Source of the DNA: Chrysemys picta bellii
Taxonomy: Eukaryota
Reading direction: 5' to 3'
DNA: 64,000 nt
Assembly: GCF_011386835.1 (NCBI RefSeq)
Contig: NC_088797.1
Location: forward strand, 40,610,001 to 40,674,000
Every line of letters starts with the position of its first letter. Positions within the stretch are counted from its first letter, which is position 1. The notes beneath the pieces are model-generated. The model was not told the origin of the DNA. It was given only the letters and a program-made list of their open reading frames with translations, and did not search any database. Shown here piece after piece: positions 60,746 through 64,000 of this stretch. Both the position numbers and the translations under genes were made by a program.

Positions 60746-61221
60746 TAATTTTGGCCATTTCTTACGTTTCTTATGACACAAAATTCAACAAAGCTTTTCC
60801 AGTGTACGATGTCACTTAGTAAACTCAGCAGTGTTCCCCTCCTGCTGTGGGATGGCCTGCCCTTGCAGCTGAAGAATGAACCGCTGGATTCTCCAGTTCT
60901 AACAGTCCATATATCACAATCTTCCTCACGGAAGAGACCAGGCAGGGGAAGTAATATCTTTCATTGGACCAACATCTGTTGAGAGACAAACTTTCGAGCT
61001 TACCAAGAGCTCTTAACTCACCCTCCTTGTCTTGCACCTGACACCAACACAGCTACAAGAACTCTGCGTACAATTTTCCTCACTGACAATCAGATGGTTT
61101 TTGTGTACCATGGCTTTAGAGAATTGCATTCTGCCTTCCCAAATTTCTGCTGTGTTTTCAGCTGCATTAGAAGTTTTTCCCTCCCACTCTTAAAATAGTA
61201 GCATGACATTGACAGGCATTA

Positions 61222-61370
61222 TTAAATAGCTGCTGTGTTCCATCCCGGTCGGTCATGGGTGAAGTATTCCCTTTTCATATCATTATTTATAGTGCCTAAG
61301 GTATGCATAATCCCTCCGTAAACATTGTAAAAAAAGTCTTGAGGCCTGCTAAAAGGTGTATCATCAATTA
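61222..61370 (-). CDS. Probable terminal coding exon of an unidentified gene (…IDDTPFSRPQDFFYNVYGGIMHTLGTINNDMKREYFTHDRPGWNTAAI*)
   Basis: Strong acceptor ttcttattgttttatatag|; phase-1 frame of 48 codons to TAA; globular-protein-like composition; retained CpGs; non-repetitive sequence. Confidence 0.5.
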
Positions 61371-62526
61371 CTATATAAAACAATAAGAAGTCACTCTGGA
61401 AGACATTTGTACATGAGATTGATAACTTTTTATAGGAGGTCAAGTTTTGGGCCAAAACTACTTGATAAACCCCTAATTAATGCTTTGATAGGAAAGAAAA
61501 GATCCTTTAAGTTGCTACAAGCAATTGGGAAGGATGCAAGACAGTATTTTAATTGTATAAAAAACATGCCCCCAAAATATAGAAAATCAGGAATTTCCCA
61601 TTTAATTTATTTATTATAATAAATAAGGTTCATGTTCTCCCCTAAGTTTTTTCTCTGAATGTTTAAAACACATTTCATGCCCCCTTGCATGTAACTAATT
61701 ATAAAAATGGGGCTTTAATTATGCACAAGGGTTTGGGGTTTCTTTGGTTTCAAACTCTGATTTATTTTCAATCTAATTTCTTCATACTTCGCTTGAGGGA
61801 ATGGGCCTGATTGTGATCTCCCTTACAGTGATATAAATGAGGAATCACTCCACTGAAGTTCATAGAGATACTCTGGTATAAAACCAGTGTGAGATCTACA
61901 TAGGGCCCATTAACTTCCCTGCTAGCTTCATCCCTCTGAGACTTACAGACAATGAGAGCAAGAAAACCTAGGACAGATGAAAGATTAGCCTCTGGATCAG
62001 CATATGACCCCTAGGCTATGGAATGCTTTGAAATACAAACACTGCCATGAGAGGTATAAAACATGCCACTTCCCAGGAGGAAAAGAAGAGGAGATGGCAG
62101 ACATAGAAGGCTAGTGCTCCACAGAGAAGATGAAGTCTGCATGGCTCACATCCCCTGTTATTTTCAGGGAGAGGATGATTACAATTTGCATCCTGCTCAG
62201 CCAACATCTGCTGCCAGCACTGCTCAATAGTCCTTGTATTTACTTTGTATTTTGCCTCTGAATGTTGCTTGATGACATTTCCTTCCCAAAGCCTTGCAGT
62301 AGGGGATCCATTCCCAAGCCAAGAAGTATGCTGACCTGCAGCTTTTGATTCCACCCATCACACAGCTAGTGTCGGGTCATTTCCTTGGGCAGGCACCCTT
62401 GCATCATCATTCTCATAGCATTGATACCTCTGCCTATGTGGGGTTCTCTAGGTCATAAAATATATTCACCTCGGGTCATGCTGTCCGGAGTAGTTCATGA
62501 CTGTGAGTGCCAGTCTCAGGGCAGGC

Positions 62527-62960
62527 TGTCAAGAAGCAGGGCAGAGACCCCAAACTGGTGGTGTGTTCTATAATTAGATTTCACCAACCCAGTAACAAGT
62601 GTGAACTCCTAAAGCAGATGTTGAAGGGACAGACCTAGAGGCAGCAGGGCCAGCACTGTCCCCCCTGCTGGTTAGGAAAAGGAAGGCACATTTGGAAGTC
62701 GACCTAGCCATGCCCCAGCCAAGGGTCCATTTCCCCCACCTTTTCCAGCCTTTTCCTCCAAAGGGCTCCCTGTCCCAGGGTTGGGCCTCACTCCTGGAGG
62801 GCATCAGCCCCGGGGGAACACTGCTGCCACTAGCTGCTCCCCCTAAGCTAGGTTGTGCATGTGGGACTCCATTGCATTTGGTTGGAGGCTGCTCCAGGAA
62901 ACCAACACCAATGATGGTGCTCAGGCACAGCGTTCGCTTAAGCAGTCTGAACTAAGGGGA
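62527..62960. mobile_element. LTR-like repeat fragment
   Basis: Begins TGTCAAG...gagaccccaaactggtggtgtgttctataattagatttcacc; the end is unclear. Confidence 0.45.
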
Positions 62961-63009
62961 AAGCCCAAGTGCTGGGTCCCCCATGCTCAGTTTCTCTTGT
63001 TAGGAACAA

Positions 63010-63690
63010 AAGGATTCCTATAAAGGGTATTTGTCCACTACTAAATGGAAATGGTAGAACTGTCAATAAAATGCAGGTAAGGCAGATGTGTTCAATAAAT
63101 ATTTCTGTTTTGTATTTGGGGAAAAGCCAGATGATGAAAAAGTTTCAATTCCAACAGTCCCTCAGGAGGTTGTTAAACAAGAGCTACTCTAAGTTAGACA
63201 TTTTTAAATCAGCATCCAAAAGTTTGAAAAGAGCCAGCTAAGGAACTCTCTGGACCATTAAGGCTGATTCCCAATAAGTCTTGGAAGAATGGAAAATTCC
63301 AGAGGGCTGGAGGAAAGTCAATATTGTGACAATATTTAAAAAGGGTAAATAAGGTGACCTGGATTATCCTGGGCCTGTCAGTTTGACACTGATCTGGGGA
63401 AAATAATGAAATGGCTGATACCAGACTCTATTAAAAAGGAATTAAAGAAAGTGATATAATTAATGCCAAATCACATGGCTTTATAGAGCACAGATCTTGT
63501 CAAACTAATTTTTTGGCTGATAGATGTAATATTGTTTATTTAATATACCGAGACTTCTGTAAGATATTTAACTTGGTACCAATTGACATTTTGATTATGA
63601 AACTATAATGATACAAAAACATCACCGTGCATATTACGCAGATTAAAAACTGGTTAACTGATGGGCCTTAAGATGTAATTGTAAACAGAT
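63010..63690 (+). pseudogene. Old, heavily decayed CR1 ORF2 (RT) fragment
   Basis: attccagagggctggaggaaagtcaatattgtgacaatatttaaaaagggtaaa corresponds to IPExWxKxNIVxIFKKG; cctgtcagtttgaca to PVSLT; agatcttgtcaaactaat to RSCQTN. Many stops and frameshifts. Confidence 0.85.
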
Positions 63691-64000
63691 GCCATGAAGC
63701 CCCTCTCTCCCCCCTCTTCCACATTTCCTGACTAGTGCATGGTAACAATTTGAGATAGTGGAGAAGAGCACATATTATACGCTTACATGAATAAAATACT
63801 TCGAGATCCTCCAGGACATAAAGGTGCTCTATAGATTGAAGAGTGTGTGTTTTGTTGTTCTTTTAAATGGTGATTGATATATTTCCATTTAAATAGTCTT
63901 ATTTCCATTCAAAGTGTATTTTTGTTGGACTAATCTGTGGACATAAATTTTGCATTTTCTCTCAGAAGCTGAAGACATGTTCCAGGGGACTAACCTATGC

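Noticed and set aside
1-64000. CRISPR arrays, rRNA or tRNA genes, operon-like systems
   Set aside because: Eukaryotic DNA with no repeat-spacer arrays; the only 5S- or tRNA-like sequences are decayed SINE heads.

Overview
Vertebrate genomic DNA, almost certainly turtle, judged from its repeats: young CR1 LINEs with octamer 3' tails, Penelope-like (PLE) termini, AmnSINE/MIR-like SINEs, and hAT, Tigger and Harbinger MITEs. The securely supported content is mostly transposon-derived: two recent minus-strand CR1 copies (35.8-38.8 kb and 49.9-52.1 kb), several MITEs with perfect target-site duplications (TSDs), solo LTRs and old SINEs. No host gene could be named. The non-repeat signals suggest up to three tandem minus-strand units: (i) a probable terminal coding exon at 61.2-61.4 kb of a gene entering from the right; (ii) a possible multi-exon unit from about 56 kb (next to a consensus RFX X-box) to about 9.5 kb, whose candidate exons are partly open and partly stop-containing; (iii) a CpG-island promoter and first exon at about 6.3-6.5 kb for a gene running left. 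The most notable structural signal is a minimal type I hammerhead-ribozyme motif in three PLE terminal fragments, with covarying stem II. One intact copy sits in a 70-bp-arm foldback insertion with a 12-bp TSD. Most ORFs in the supplied track are spurious (GC-rich, antisense to CR1, or inside repeats).
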